Source: an uncultured Pseudomonadota bacterium (GTDB lineage Bacteria; Pseudomonadota; Alphaproteobacteria; UBA9219). Taken from it: a stretch of DNA of 46,514 nucleotides. Under the pieces are notes generated by a model. The model did not search any database. It saw only the letters and a list, made by a program, of their open reading frames with translations, and was not told the origin of the DNA. Location: the NCBI GenBank assembly GCA_903824505.1, contig CAIJXG010000103.1:1-46514 (forward strand). The letters run 5' to 3'. Position numbers and translations under genes: made by a program. The first letter of the stretch is position 1, and the number at the start of each line of letters is the position of its first letter. Below are positions 28,725 to 37,980 of this stretch, in pieces.

Positions 28725-29645
28725 ATGAGCTGGCTTACCAATCTTGTTCGTCCGAAAATTCGCGGTCTTGTGGGCGAGAAGAAAGACATGCCCGATAATC
28801 TGTGGGAGAAATGCCCGGGCTGCAGCGCGATGCTTTTTAAGCGCGAGCTGGAAGATAATCTCAATGTGTGTCGCGCTTGCGGCCATCATTTGAAGCTGGA
28901 TCCCGTCAAACGGCTCGGCAGCTTGTTCGATGGCGGGGCGTATCGGTTGGTAGAGGTTCCCAAGGTCCCACAGGATCCGCTAAAATTCCGCGATCAGAAA
29001 CGCTATGCCGACCGTCTGAAAGACGCCCAAAATAAGAGCAAAAGACAGGATGCTATCGTTGTGGGCGAAGGGAGTGTCGGAGGCGTGAAAACGGTTATTG
29101 CCGTTTTCGACTTCGGCTTTATGGGCGGTTCTATGGGCATGGGCGTGGGCGAGGCGATTGTAACGGCCGCCCGGCGTGCGGTCGCGTCGAAATCGGCTCT
29201 GGTTGTTCTGCCGGCCTCAGGGGGGGCGCGGATGCAAGAAGGGGCTTTGTCCCTCATGCAGATGCCGCGTACCATCATTGCCGCTAATCAGGTGAAAACA
29301 GCAGGGTTGCCTTTTATCGTGGTGCTCACCGATCCAACGACAGGGGGTGTGACCGCAAGTTTTGCTATGGTCGGGGATATCCATATTGCCGAACGCGGTG
29401 CCCAGATCGGCTTTGCGGGGGCGCGGGTGATTGAAAGCACCATTCGCGAGACTCTGCCGCCGGGCTTTCAACGGGCCGAATATTTACGGGATCACGGGAT
29501 GATCGATATTGTTGTAACGCGCCACGAATTGCCCGAAACGCTGGGACGGATCTTGCGTTTTCTCCGCAAGGAAAAAGCCCCCCGCCGCGATCAGGGTCCT
29601 TTTCTAACAGGCCCCGTGCCGCATGGGGCCAAGGCCAAGGGGTAA
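28725..29645 (+). CDS. accD: Acetyl-CoA carboxylase carboxyltransferase beta subunit
   Basis: LWEKCPGC..CRAC zinc finger, FMGGSMG, SGGARMQEG, PTTGGVTASFA, FQRAEYL. Confidence 0.97.
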   Translation: MSWLTNLVRPKIRGLVGEKKDMPDNLWEKCPGCSAMLFKRELEDNLNVCRACGHHLKLDPVKRLGSLFDGGAYRLVEVPKVPQDPLKFRDQKRYADRLKDAQNKSKRQDAIVVGEGSVGGVKTVIAVFDFGFMGGSMGMGVGEAIVTAARRAVASKSALVVLPASGGARMQEGALSLMQMPRTIIAANQVKTAGLPFIVVLTDPTTGGVTASFAMVGDIHIAERGAQIGFAGARVIESTIRETLPPGFQRAEYLRDHGMIDIVVTRHELPETLGRILRFLRKEKAPRRDQGPFLTGPVPHGAKAKG

Positions 29646-29713
29646 AGGCCTTTTTTGACCCCGTATTGAAATCCCCCTTGCTCCCTTTCTCTCCCTCTGG
29701 CAAGAGCTGGGGG

Positions 29714-32158
29714 ATGGGAAAAGCCCGATCTTTGCGTCCTTCTTGCGCCGCTGTGCTGCTAGGCCTCTGTGCCGTCAGTGTCGGCGTGCCCTGCCGCGCC
29801 GAGATGCCGCCGATCGGTTATGTGGGCGAGGTGCCTCGGCCGCCCGCACTTCCTGCTCTTCCGATGCCTTTGGGCTATGTAGGGGAAGTGCCGCGTCAAA
29901 CGCCTCTGGCTCCTGTGGCGCCCCCCCCTCAAAAACAAGCTCTTGCCGTTCAACAGCCGCTCTCCCATACAGGCGAGACTCTCATCCGCGCGCAGATCCT
30001 GAAGACGGATTCTGCAACGGGTATTTTGACGGCGACGGGCAAGGTTGAAATTATCCGTAACGATCACGCGCTTCATGCCGATCAGGTCACCTATAATCAA
30101 AAGACAGGGGTGATGGTGGCCGATGGGCATGTGGTGCTCCGCGCCGCCTCGGGCGAGGTGACTTTTGCCGATCATCAGGAAATCACAGGGGATTTGAAGG
30201 AGGGGGTTGCCGAAAAAATGGCGATTCTTTTCCAAGATAATTCGCGTATGGCCGCCGCGCGCGCGACCCGTTACGAGGGGCGTTATACCGTTGCCGATCA
30301 TGCTCTCTACTCGCCGTGTAATGTTTGCCGTGAAAATCCGGATCAACCGCCTTTGTGGCAGCTGAAGGCCGATACGGTTACGCATGATAACGAAGCGCAT
30401 GAGATTTATTATCACGATGTGACGGTAGAAATGGGCGATGTGCCTATTTTGTATAGCCCCTATTTGTCTATGGCGGATCCGTCGGTTCAAAGACAGCAGG
30501 GTTTTCTTTCTCCCTTGCCGGGTCTTTCGCCCAGTCTTGGCGCTTCTGTCAAAATCCCTTATTATATTGATATCGCGCCCGAGCAGGATCTGACCGTAAG
30601 CCCCACTTTCAGCACGGTAGACACGGCGCAGATTGCGGCTGATTACAGGCGGCGCTTCGCCCAAGGCCAACTCTCGCTTCAAGGATCGGTCACAAGGGCC
30701 GATCTGATCAACGAAAACGGAGTGGATCAGGGCCAGCAATGGCGCGGTCATCTGTTCGGTGCTTTTCTGTATGATATCGACGCCACTTGGCGCGCGGGCA
30801 GCGATTTTCAGTATGTATCGGATAAAAGCTATTTGCATCGATATGGCTATTCCTCGTTGGATCAAACGATCAGCCGCGCCTATGTCGAAGGCTTTTCGGA
30901 ACGCAATTATCTTGGCCTTAATTCCTATGCTTTTCAGGATTTGAGGCCGAACAGCCTAGCCGCCGAGCCTTTTGTCTTGCCCTCTATGACCCTCAGCGCG
31001 TTGGGTGCACCGGCCGATACATTCGGTGGGCGGTGGTCCTTTGATGCGAACACGCTTATCACGACCCGCAACAACAGCGGCGCTCCGCTGGCCCAACAAG
31101 GGCCGGACACGCGGCGGCTGTCAACCAATGTGGGGTGGGAGCGGCAGCTGATCTCTGACACCGGGTTGGTTACAACGGTTTCCGGTCTCGCGCGTACCGA
31201 TAGTTATTGGGCAACGCATATCTCAGCCCTCAATGGGTCTGGAACAAATTATGACCAAGCTCTTTTTACGCGGCCTTTTACACAAGCCAATGTCCTTATG
31301 CGCTACCCCATGGGGCGCAGCGGCGACGGGTATCAACAGATTGTGGAGCCTATTGTCTCCTTCACGGCCGCGCCCGATGTCCGGTCCATCGCAAAGCAAC
31401 CCATCGAAGACAGTTTGGATGTCGAATTTGATGAAACAAACCTCTTTTCACCCAATCGCTTCACAGGAAGTGATTTGATCGAAGGCGGCAGCCGCGCGAC
31501 CTATGGAATTCGCCAGATGCTCACGACGACTTCCGGCGCGCATATCGATATTTTTGGAGGTGAAAGCTATGATTTCACGCGCAACAATCTGTTCCCGTCC
31601 CAATCAGGCCTGAATGGGCATGCTTCGGATTATGTTGGGCGCATGGATTTCATGCCAGCCAATTGGTTCGACGCGAATTACGGCTTCCGGCTCTCACAAG
31701 CCAATCTTTCACCCCAGCAGCAAGATGCGCAGGTTTCATTCGGTGCGCCCATTCTTCGTCCATCCATACGGTATATCGAAGCCTATGAAACGGACACGGC
31801 GACCAATCTCGTGGATCTGGTACGTCAGGCGACTCTTGGCTTTACGTCTAAATTTGCAACCTATTGGATTCTGAAAGGCGAGCATACCCAAGCCTTCGAT
31901 CCTCAGCCCGGCCCGCGTAATTCCTCGCTATCTTTAAATTACGTCGATGAATGTTTTGCAGCCGGTGTTACGGTCGGGCGCGAGAACACAACGCGCGTAG
32001 ATATGAATTCTGGCACATCAGTTGGGTTTCATCTGTATTTACGGAATTTAGGGGGATTTCATACAGACTCGGGCGCGGCTCCCGGTGTTACAAATCAGGG
32101 CATGTCCTCCGGCTTTCCTTCCAGCGTTCCTGCCGAATTTAGGCCGATAGAGCCGTAG
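29714..32158 (+). CDS. lptD: LPS assembly protein LptD
   Basis: OstA-like N-domain, YSPCNVC..PPLWQL, GFL.P, EFDETNLFSPNRFTGSDLIEGG, YVDECF; start approximate. Confidence 0.92.
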   Translation: MGKARSLRPSCAAVLLGLCAVSVGVPCRAEMPPIGYVGEVPRPPALPALPMPLGYVGEVPRQTPLAPVAPPPQKQALAVQQPLSHTGETLIRAQILKTDSATGILTATGKVEIIRNDHALHADQVTYNQKTGVMVADGHVVLRAASGEVTFADHQEITGDLKEGVAEKMAILFQDNSRMAAARATRYEGRYTVADHALYSPCNVCRENPDQPPLWQLKADTVTHDNEAHEIYYHDVTVEMGDVPILYSPYLSMADPSVQRQQGFLSPLPGLSPSLGASVKIPYYIDIAPEQDLTVSPTFSTVDTAQIAADYRRRFAQGQLSLQGSVTRADLINENGVDQGQQWRGHLFGAFLYDIDATWRAGSDFQYVSDKSYLHRYGYSSLDQTISRAYVEGFSERNYLGLNSYAFQDLRPNSLAAEPFVLPSMTLSALGAPADTFGGRWSFDANTLITTRNNSGAPLAQQGPDTRRLSTNVGWERQLISDTGLVTTVSGLARTDSYWATHISALNGSGTNYDQALFTRPFTQANVLMRYPMGRSGDGYQQIVEPIVSFTAAPDVRSIAKQPIEDSLDVEFDETNLFSPNRFTGSDLIEGGSRATYGIRQMLTTTSGAHIDIFGGESYDFTRNNLFPSQSGLNGHASDYVGRMDFMPANWFDANYGFRLSQANLSPQQQDAQVSFGAPILRPSIRYIEAYETDTATNLVDLVRQATLGFTSKFATYWILKGEHTQAFDPQPGPRNSSLSLNYVDECFAAGVTVGRENTTRVDMNSGTSVGFHLYLRNLGGFHTDSGAAPGVTNQGMSSGFPSSVPAEFRPIEP

Positions 32159-32163
32159 AAAAT

Positions 32164-32520
32164 CTAAAACATATTCAATTGCATCCGCGCTTCGTCTGAC
32201 ATCATCGACTGATCCCACGGAGGATCCCAGACAAGGGCCACGCTGACCTCGCGCGCGTCGGTTTCCATCCGCACAGCGGCTTGCACACGAGAGGGCATTT
32301 GCTCGGCAACAGGACAATTCGGTGTCGTGAGAGTCATATCGACGGCGACATCAAACAACCCGCCCTCTAACGGCCGCACATCGACGCGATAGATCAGGCC
32401 AAGATCGTAAAGATTGACCGGAATTTCGGGATCATAAACGCTTTTGATTCGGGTGATCACGCGCGTACCGAAATCAGAAATGGCGGCAGCGGTGTCCTCT
32501 GGTTTGGACGGAAGGGTCAT
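32164..32520 (-). CDS. sufT: Fe-S cluster assembly protein SufT (DUF59)
   Basis: VYDPEIPVNLYDLGLIY, MTLTTPNCP, LVWDPPW..MSDEAR. Confidence 0.92.
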   Translation of the reverse strand: MTLPSKPEDTAAAISDFGTRVITRIKSVYDPEIPVNLYDLGLIYRVDVRPLEGGLFDVAVDMTLTTPNCPVAEQMPSRVQAAVRMETDAREVSVALVWDPPWDQSMMSDEARMQLNMF

Positions 32521-32978
32521 TCGGTTGACGCGGCTCCTTCTTGTTTCAGGGCGGCCTGCAGAGTATGCCATGCCAGCGTTGCACATTTTACGCGTACAGG
32601 ATAATCGCGCACGCCCGACAAAGCGGCGATGCGGTCTTTATCCTCTTCTTCTATACCTGTTTCATCGGCGCTTTGGCCTGTGCATGCGGCATGCATATAG
32701 GCAAAAAGTCTGTCAATTTCGGGCAGGCTTTTCCCCTTGACCATTTCCGTCATCATTGAGGCTGAGGCGACCGAAATCGCGCAACCGATTCCCTGAAATG
32801 CCGCGTCTTGAACCATGCCTGCGGCATCCATCGTCACATAGAGGGTGAGCCGATCGCCGCACAAGGGATTATGCCCCAAAGCCTCCCGCGTTGGCTGGGA
32901 GGGAATACGAAAATTGCGGGGGCGTTTCCCGTGGTCAAGGATCAAATCCTGATAAAGATCGCGAAGATCATCGCTCAT
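32517..32978 (-). CDS. sufU: SUF-system NifU-family protein SufU
   Basis: LYQDLILDH, NPLCGD, GCAISVASAS, VRVKCATLAW. Confidence 0.92.
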   Translation of the reverse strand: MSDDLRDLYQDLILDHGKRPRNFRIPSQPTREALGHNPLCGDRLTLYVTMDAAGMVQDAAFQGIGCAISVASASMMTEMVKGKSLPEIDRLFAYMHAACTGQSADETGIEEEDKDRIAALSGVRDYPVRVKCATLAWHTLQAALKQEGAASTE

Positions 32979-33778
32979 ACGTTCGCTTTCGGGATATAAC
33001 GGCTAGACAAAACAGCATCCACGCGCTGATCGAGAGAGAGGGCCTCGGAGTCATCCAAAGGACAATAGTCGGCGATTTCTTGAAGCTTCCACGATTCTTC
33101 TTCACGCATTAGGCGTCCAATCACATGAAGCCTGTCCTTTTTCTGCGTTTTCAGAGTGGCTGAGAAAATCTCTGTTTCGCCCCATGTATTGATAAAAGAC
33201 CATGAACCGCCCTTGATTTCATCGAAGCCGTGATGATTGGACACAATTACAAAAAACACGCTCTCAATCGCGGGATCAAGGGCCGAGAGATTGACCTGCA
33301 TATCCTCGTCGAATAAATCCCCCGTGCCGGTCATATCGTCGCCGGAATGAATGAAGGCGGATTCTTTGCCGATGGCCTCTTCTTCCTCGACAGATACGGG
33401 CGAAACGAAGGAATGGCGTTTGCCGTTTTTATCGTAGCAAAAGGCGCAGAGATCGAGATCAAAACTCTCCATTTTCTCTTGGGCAAGATATTTCGCAAGA
33501 GCCTTGCGCCGCTTTTCTTTTTCCGTGCGCAGCCGTTCTTCTTGCAGCTGGTAGTCCCGTATAAAAGGGATGAAGGAAAAAAGGGAGACAAGTCCGTTGG
33601 GACGGGGCTTTGCCTTCAAGGCGCGCGCAAGCTTCGCATATTCGACCCGCGCGGCGGCAGGAGATTCCAGCGCGTGGGCTTCGGCCAGATCGTCCCGCTC
33701 TAAAGGATCCCACTTGATGCCGACGCGAAACCGCGCCTGTTTCGCTTGTGGAAAAATGTGTGAACGCAAGTCAGTCAC
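32975..33778 (-). CDS. TerD-family protein with an N-terminal insertion
   Basis: VGIKWDP, FDLDLCAF, HSGDDMTGTGD..DE..VNL; GTG start with GGAG RBS; overlaps the sufU start. Confidence 0.8.
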   Translation of the reverse strand: MTDLRSHIFPQAKQARFRVGIKWDPLERDDLAEAHALESPAAARVEYAKLARALKAKPRPNGLVSLFSFIPFIRDYQLQEERLRTEKEKRRKALAKYLAQEKMESFDLDLCAFCYDKNGKRHSFVSPVSVEEEEAIGKESAFIHSGDDMTGTGDLFDEDMQVNLSALDPAIESVFFVIVSNHHGFDEIKGGSWSFINTWGETEIFSATLKTQKKDRLHVIGRLMREEESWKLQEIADYCPLDDSEALSLDQRVDAVLSSRYIPKANV

Positions 33779-33818
33779 CGAAAGCCCCTCCCGTTGAAGC
33801 TCAGATCTCGTTCTTATC

Positions 33819-33872
33819 CCAAGGGTCCTAAATTTTAACTTCTGCGAGTCTTTGAAGAAAATTTACGGCCTT
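33819..33872 (-). repeat. Palindromic repeat family B, copy 2
   Basis: Reverse complement AAGGCCGTAAATTTTCTTCAAAGACTCGCAGAAGTTAAAATTTAGGACCCTTGG matches 7766-7815. Confidence 0.8.
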
Positions 33873-34138
33873 CGGCAGCATGCAGCATATAGCACGAATT
33901 TTGCTGCCTGTGAGAGAGAATTGAGGCGATTCTATACTGCGAGACGTTACAGGCTGACCTTTTTGCTCGACACCGCGCGCTCTGCGTCCTGAGTGCCGCT
34001 GGCCGGGTTGAGTCGTTAGCGGGCAGGGCGGCGGCTATGGCTCGCGGGGTGAAGATGGGGAACAAGGTGAATTTAAAGTGCCGTCTACATCAGACACTAT
34101 AGCTTTGATTTTGGAGATATGTGGAGGGAAAGTATCCA

Positions 34139-35185
34139 TTAAGCTTTCCTAACAGCCCTTTCGAGAATTTCAGCATTGATTAGACCATCTTCAAATGTAG
34201 CTAATACACCTTTGTTTTCGCCCTGTATAGTACGTACTAAATAATCAAGATAGCGTGGGTAGGCGACACGGAAGGCCGAATTGTTGAGAGGTTGTTCTGG
34301 TGGTTCTTGCAAGTTAATACCATCTGGACCAACAAATGAAATAGTCTCACCAGAATTTGTCCATTCTATTAACTGGCCTATACCTGCTTTATATTGAAAC
34401 TCTGCTGCTCCTTCTGTTCCTTCTACTCGGAATTCGAGAGTACGTTCCCCTTGGCTTATTGATGTAGTCGATATATGAACATGACATTTAGCAACTGAAA
34501 AGTCACATCTGAATACTTCGTCAATATTAGCATTAGCAGGTGAGTTTTTCTTCCATGAAGCACGGGGGGCTTGCGCTTCACCACTAACATTCTTTAAGTC
34601 AACATCGTTGTAATCATGGCCTGATATGAACATAGCTAAATCTACAAGGTGGCTTCCCATGGCAAACCTCTGACCTCCCCCTGTTTCTGTACTGTACATC
34701 CAATTTGCAAGTTTATCCCTTCTTAATGCTGATGTTCGTTCGAATAATGTGATGGAATATACAGTTCCAAAGTTACCATCACGGATACGTGTTCGTAAGC
34801 CCTCGATTGTTTCGAGTCCTCGAAGTTGAAAGTCAACATATATACGTTTTTTTAGATTGCTTAATAGAGTGTTGAAAGTATAAATTCCTATATCACCGAT
34901 TAGAGGTTTCTCTATTAGCAGTACTCCTGAATAACTGTCTAAACTATTTATATATTCATACCTATTTTCAAGAGCCGTAGTGATGCATATTACATCTGGT
35001 TGCTGCGATAAAAGTTCAGACCAATTACAAGCTAAATCTGCAGGGAAACCTTCTTTGTTAAGTAGTTCTTGAGAGCGTTCAATACTTCGTCCAACCACGC
35101 CAACAACTTTAATTTCTGGATTACTCAGAGCATTTGCCAAGTGCGTCCGTATTCCGACACCCGTACCAACAATGCCAAGCTTCAT
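34139..35185 (-). CDS. Gfo/Idh/MocA family oxidoreductase (low GC, likely acquired)
   Basis: GIVGTGVG Rossmann motif, IEKP, GGG..MGSHLVD; AAGAGGA RBS; visibly AT-rich codon usage. Confidence 0.88.
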   Translation of the reverse strand: MKLGIVGTGVGIRTHLANALSNPEIKVVGVVGRSIERSQELLNKEGFPADLACNWSELLSQQPDVICITTALENRYEYINSLDSYSGVLLIEKPLIGDIGIYTFNTLLSNLKKRIYVDFQLRGLETIEGLRTRIRDGNFGTVYSITLFERTSALRRDKLANWMYSTETGGGQRFAMGSHLVDLAMFISGHDYNDVDLKNVSGEAQAPRASWKKNSPANANIDEVFRCDFSVAKCHVHISTTSISQGERTLEFRVEGTEGAAEFQYKAGIGQLIEWTNSGETISFVGPDGINLQEPPEQPLNNSAFRVAYPRYLDYLVRTIQGENKGVLATFEDGLINAEILERAVRKA

Positions 35186-35201
35186 CAAATATTCCTCTTG
35201 T

Positions 35202-35290
35202 TAAGGTGGCCCCACTTTGTGAGACAGAAAACGGGAAAGTTAAGGTGGAAACGGCCTCTGGTTGAAGAAGCCGGTTGTTACACCGGCTTC
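35202..35290 (-). mobile_element. IS3-family-like right-end remnant
   Basis: Minus strand ends ...TCCACCTTAACTTTCCCGTTTTCTGTCTCACAAAGTGGGGCCACCTTA, resembling IS3-family right ends as recalled; no transposase ORF; inner boundary uncertain. Confidence 0.5.
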
Positions 35291-35448
35291 CAAGTTTTTT
35301 GACGGTCATCGGCTTCCCAGCCTGTACCGTGTGTGCACTGTACAAGTTTTTTGCTTAAATATCCATCCCTGATAGTGCCGGTGCTGCCGGAGTTAGGTTG
35401 GACGAGGCGGTCGCCAAACCAGCGGCGTAGATTTCATGGGGTCTTTAG

Positions 35449-35567
35449 TATACTCGGTTTCCTTGGAAAGCGGAAGGATTCGATTCCGTGCAATACACGC
35501 GCTCAGCGAAGCTGATGCGCCTTTTGCGCGGACAAAACGTGAGGGGTTCCGAAGGGGCCCGAGTATA
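35449..35567 (+). mobile_element. MITE family A, long copy 3
   Basis: TATACTCGG...CCGAGTATA, same internal sequence as the other copies. Confidence 0.9.
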
Positions 35568-35592
35568 GGGATTAAAAACTTTATAATTACCC

Positions 35593-35740
35593 CCAAAATC
35601 AGCAAGGAAAATGCATAAAGCGCGTTTCCATCCCAAGCCTATTTGGAGAAATGCGTTGTCCGGGTCTATACTACCCTGCGCCTAGCCTTTAAAGCGGAAT
35701 TGAACAGCACAACCTCAGAAACGGCACTTCCCCACCATGC
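35593..35740 (+). repeat. Inverted duplication, copy 2 (KISKENA* remnant through the fieF start codon)
   Basis: Matches the reverse complement of 22328-22432; carries an extra 43 bp between GCCTA direct repeats (35637-35641, 35680-35684). Confidence 0.92.
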
Positions 35741-36684
35741 ACAAACACGAACTCCTTGCGGTGACTAATCAGAGGCTGCGGCGGCAGGCGACTTTCGCGA
35801 GCCTTGCGGTGGCCTCGCTTCTGATTGCAGCCAAATTGGTCGCGTGGCTGATGACGGATTCGGTTGCGATGCTGACCTCGCTGTTCGATTCGACTTTTGA
35901 TCTGGCCGCCTCTTTAGTTACGGCCTATGGGGTCGCGAGCGCGTTGCGCCCCCCTGACCGCGAGCATCGTTACGGCCATGGCAAGGCCGAGCCTTTAGCT
36001 GTTCTCGCGCAGGCGATTTTTATTATAGGTTCGTCTGTTGTTTTGGTTTACGAGGCTGCCAGCCGCCTCTACCATCCCCACCCCATTCACAATGATGGTG
36101 TCGCCTATAGCGTAATGGGGGTGGCGATTGTCTTGACCATCGCGCTGATTGTGTTTCAGCATTATGTTGTGAGCCAAACGCGCTCGGTCGCCATTGGCGC
36201 GGATAAGCTTCATTATGTAGGGGATCTGGCTGTAAATCTGTCCGTTATTGGGGCCTTTTTGCTCCATCGCCTGACGGGCATAGAGTGGTTTGATCCCGTA
36301 TTTGCCGTCGCTATCGCCTCTGGACTTCTTGTTTCGGCTTTCCATATCCTCAAACACGCCTTGGTCTCCTTGATGGATGCCGAGCTTCCGCCCCAGCAAC
36401 GCGCCCAAATCCGCGCAACGGTTCTATCAGTGCAGGGCGTGCGCGGAGTCCATGATCTACGCACGCGGTCGGATGGGGATCGAATTTTTATCGTCCTTCA
36501 TGTTGAAATGGACGGCCAAATGACCCTTCTAGAGGCGCACAGCCTGTCAGAAAAAATCATGGACTCCCTAATGGCCCAATTTCCCCATGCGGACGTGACC
36601 ATCCACCAAGATCCGGTGGGAATCATCGAAGACAGACTGGATACCCAAATCGAGGCCAGACAGAGGGAGGCCCAAAGCCCCTAA
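35737..36684 (+). CDS. fieF: Cation diffusion facilitator transporter (FieF/YiiP-like)
   Basis: DSTFD, HRYGHGKAE, ADKLHY..D, GVHDLRTR, IHQDP. Confidence 0.9.
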   Translation: MHKHELLAVTNQRLRRQATFASLAVASLLIAAKLVAWLMTDSVAMLTSLFDSTFDLAASLVTAYGVASALRPPDREHRYGHGKAEPLAVLAQAIFIIGSSVVLVYEAASRLYHPHPIHNDGVAYSVMGVAIVLTIALIVFQHYVVSQTRSVAIGADKLHYVGDLAVNLSVIGAFLLHRLTGIEWFDPVFAVAIASGLLVSAFHILKHALVSLMDAELPPQQRAQIRATVLSVQGVRGVHDLRTRSDGDRIFIVLHVEMDGQMTLLEAHSLSEKIMDSLMAQFPHADVTIHQDPVGIIEDRLDTQIEARQREAQSP

Positions 36685-36692
36685 AAAGCCCC

Positions 36693-37589
36693 CTACCGAC
36701 GTCCCGATTTTAAAGGCGCCGGATATCCGCCCATGGGGGTAAGGTGCTGAAGGCGGCTGCCCAGCATAGCGCGCAGGCGCGAAAGGCGTGTATCCGCCCG
36801 GCCAATATAGCCTTCGACTTCCGCCAAAAACAGAGTCGGGGCAGATTCGCCACGGCCTGTTGTATGGGACAAAAGCTGAAGCAGCTTATAGCCCGCTTTG
36901 CCTAGCAGACGCTTCATCTCGCTCTCCGGCACATGAGCGCAGTGAAGCGCAAGAAAGCTTCGGTCATCGCCTGTCAGTTCAGGATAAAGCGGTCCGAGGA
37001 CAAGGCCGCCGGGCACGGCATGACGCGCATTGCCGCGCCCAACCTTCAACGTTTCAAAAGGAACGGCGGCGCAGATAGACAGTGTGTTCTTTTTGTCCCC
37101 CGCCAGAAGAGACCACCAAGAGTCTTTCTCGCCATCTTGGGGAAAGGGCACCAGCGCGAGCACCGCTTTTTCGGCTTGAGCCAATTTAACGGCCTCTCGT
37201 GCGGAAGGCGCTTCGATCAAGGGTGTAAAGGCACCAAAATAATCCCGCGCAAGATCCCACAGATGCTCGCCCTTCGCCGGAGTCGTCACGGCGACCTTAA
37301 AGGGAGCTTCTTGCTGGGTAAAGGCCGAGATCATCTCGCGCCACAGACGCACAACCAGCCCTTCGGGCAGCTTGCCTTGGGGGCGTGCCGTAAGGGTGCG
37401 CAAGATCTGGGCCTCCCGCCCGGGACGCAAACATAAAACCTGTTTGCTTTTCAGCTTGCGGATCTGATCGATGACATCGGCGCGTTCCAGAAGCAAATCG
37501 TGCAAAGCGGCGTCCAGCCGGTCGATGCGCACCCGTAAATCGGCCAAAGCCTGAGAGTCCGGATTTGCACTTGCGGTCTTAAGCGACAT
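36693..37589 (-). CDS. Chorismate mutase with degenerate prephenate-dehydratase-like C-terminal region
   Basis: LADLRVRIDRLDAALHDLLLER, RPGREAQILR, WDLARDYFG, MGGYPAP; start trimmed to MSLKTAS. Confidence 0.85.
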   Translation of the reverse strand: MSLKTASANPDSQALADLRVRIDRLDAALHDLLLERADVIDQIRKLKSKQVLCLRPGREAQILRTLTARPQGKLPEGLVVRLWREMISAFTQQEAPFKVAVTTPAKGEHLWDLARDYFGAFTPLIEAPSAREAVKLAQAEKAVLALVPFPQDGEKDSWWSLLAGDKKNTLSICAAVPFETLKVGRGNARHAVPGGLVLGPLYPELTGDDRSFLALHCAHVPESEMKRLLGKAGYKLLQLLSHTTGRGESAPTLFLAEVEGYIGRADTRLSRLRAMLGSRLQHLTPMGGYPAPLKSGRR

Positions 37590-37927
37590 AATAGCCCCGT
37601 TATTTGTTTGTTTCCGTACGGAACATAGGACAAAGAAGGCCAAAAGTCCAACGCAGACACTACGTCCTAAAAACAGGATCAGCTTTTTGGGTAAGAGTTG
37701 AGCAAGATTCCAGAATAAAAGCCCTAGAAAAATCGAAATCTGCACGTGACGATAAGCTTCAATCTTTGGCCGTTTTTTTGAAAAGGCCCAGAAATCCGAT
37801 TGATTTTAAACGCGAACAAGTTAGGTTGTCTCGCAGCAAGTCTAAAGGTTGCAAGAAACCAAGGTGCCTCACCCTATTTCTTGATCTTCTACCTTTTAGG
37901 GATTGCGTGTTGTCTTGTCCTAATTGA

Positions 37928-37955
37928 ACTCGGCTTTCCAAGGAAACCGAGTATA
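37928..37955 (-). repeat. Collapsed ~30-bp palindromic form of MITE family A
   Basis: ACTCGGCTTTCCAAGGAAACCGAGTATA, identical to the core at 4964-4991. Confidence 0.85.
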
Positions 37956-37980
37956 TTTCTAACACCTAGGAGACATCCAT

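Noticed and set aside
27192-28725. Shufflon (DNA-inversion) system at the PilV-like gene
   Set aside because: No rci recombinase, sfx-like repeats or alternative C-terminal cassettes; accD follows after 42 bp.
29759-30865. 368-aa antisense ORF
   Set aside because: Shadow of lptD.
35396-35430. SRP RNA (ffs)
   Set aside because: Superficial 5' similarity, but the conserved TCAGG..GGAAG..AGCAG domain IV is absent.
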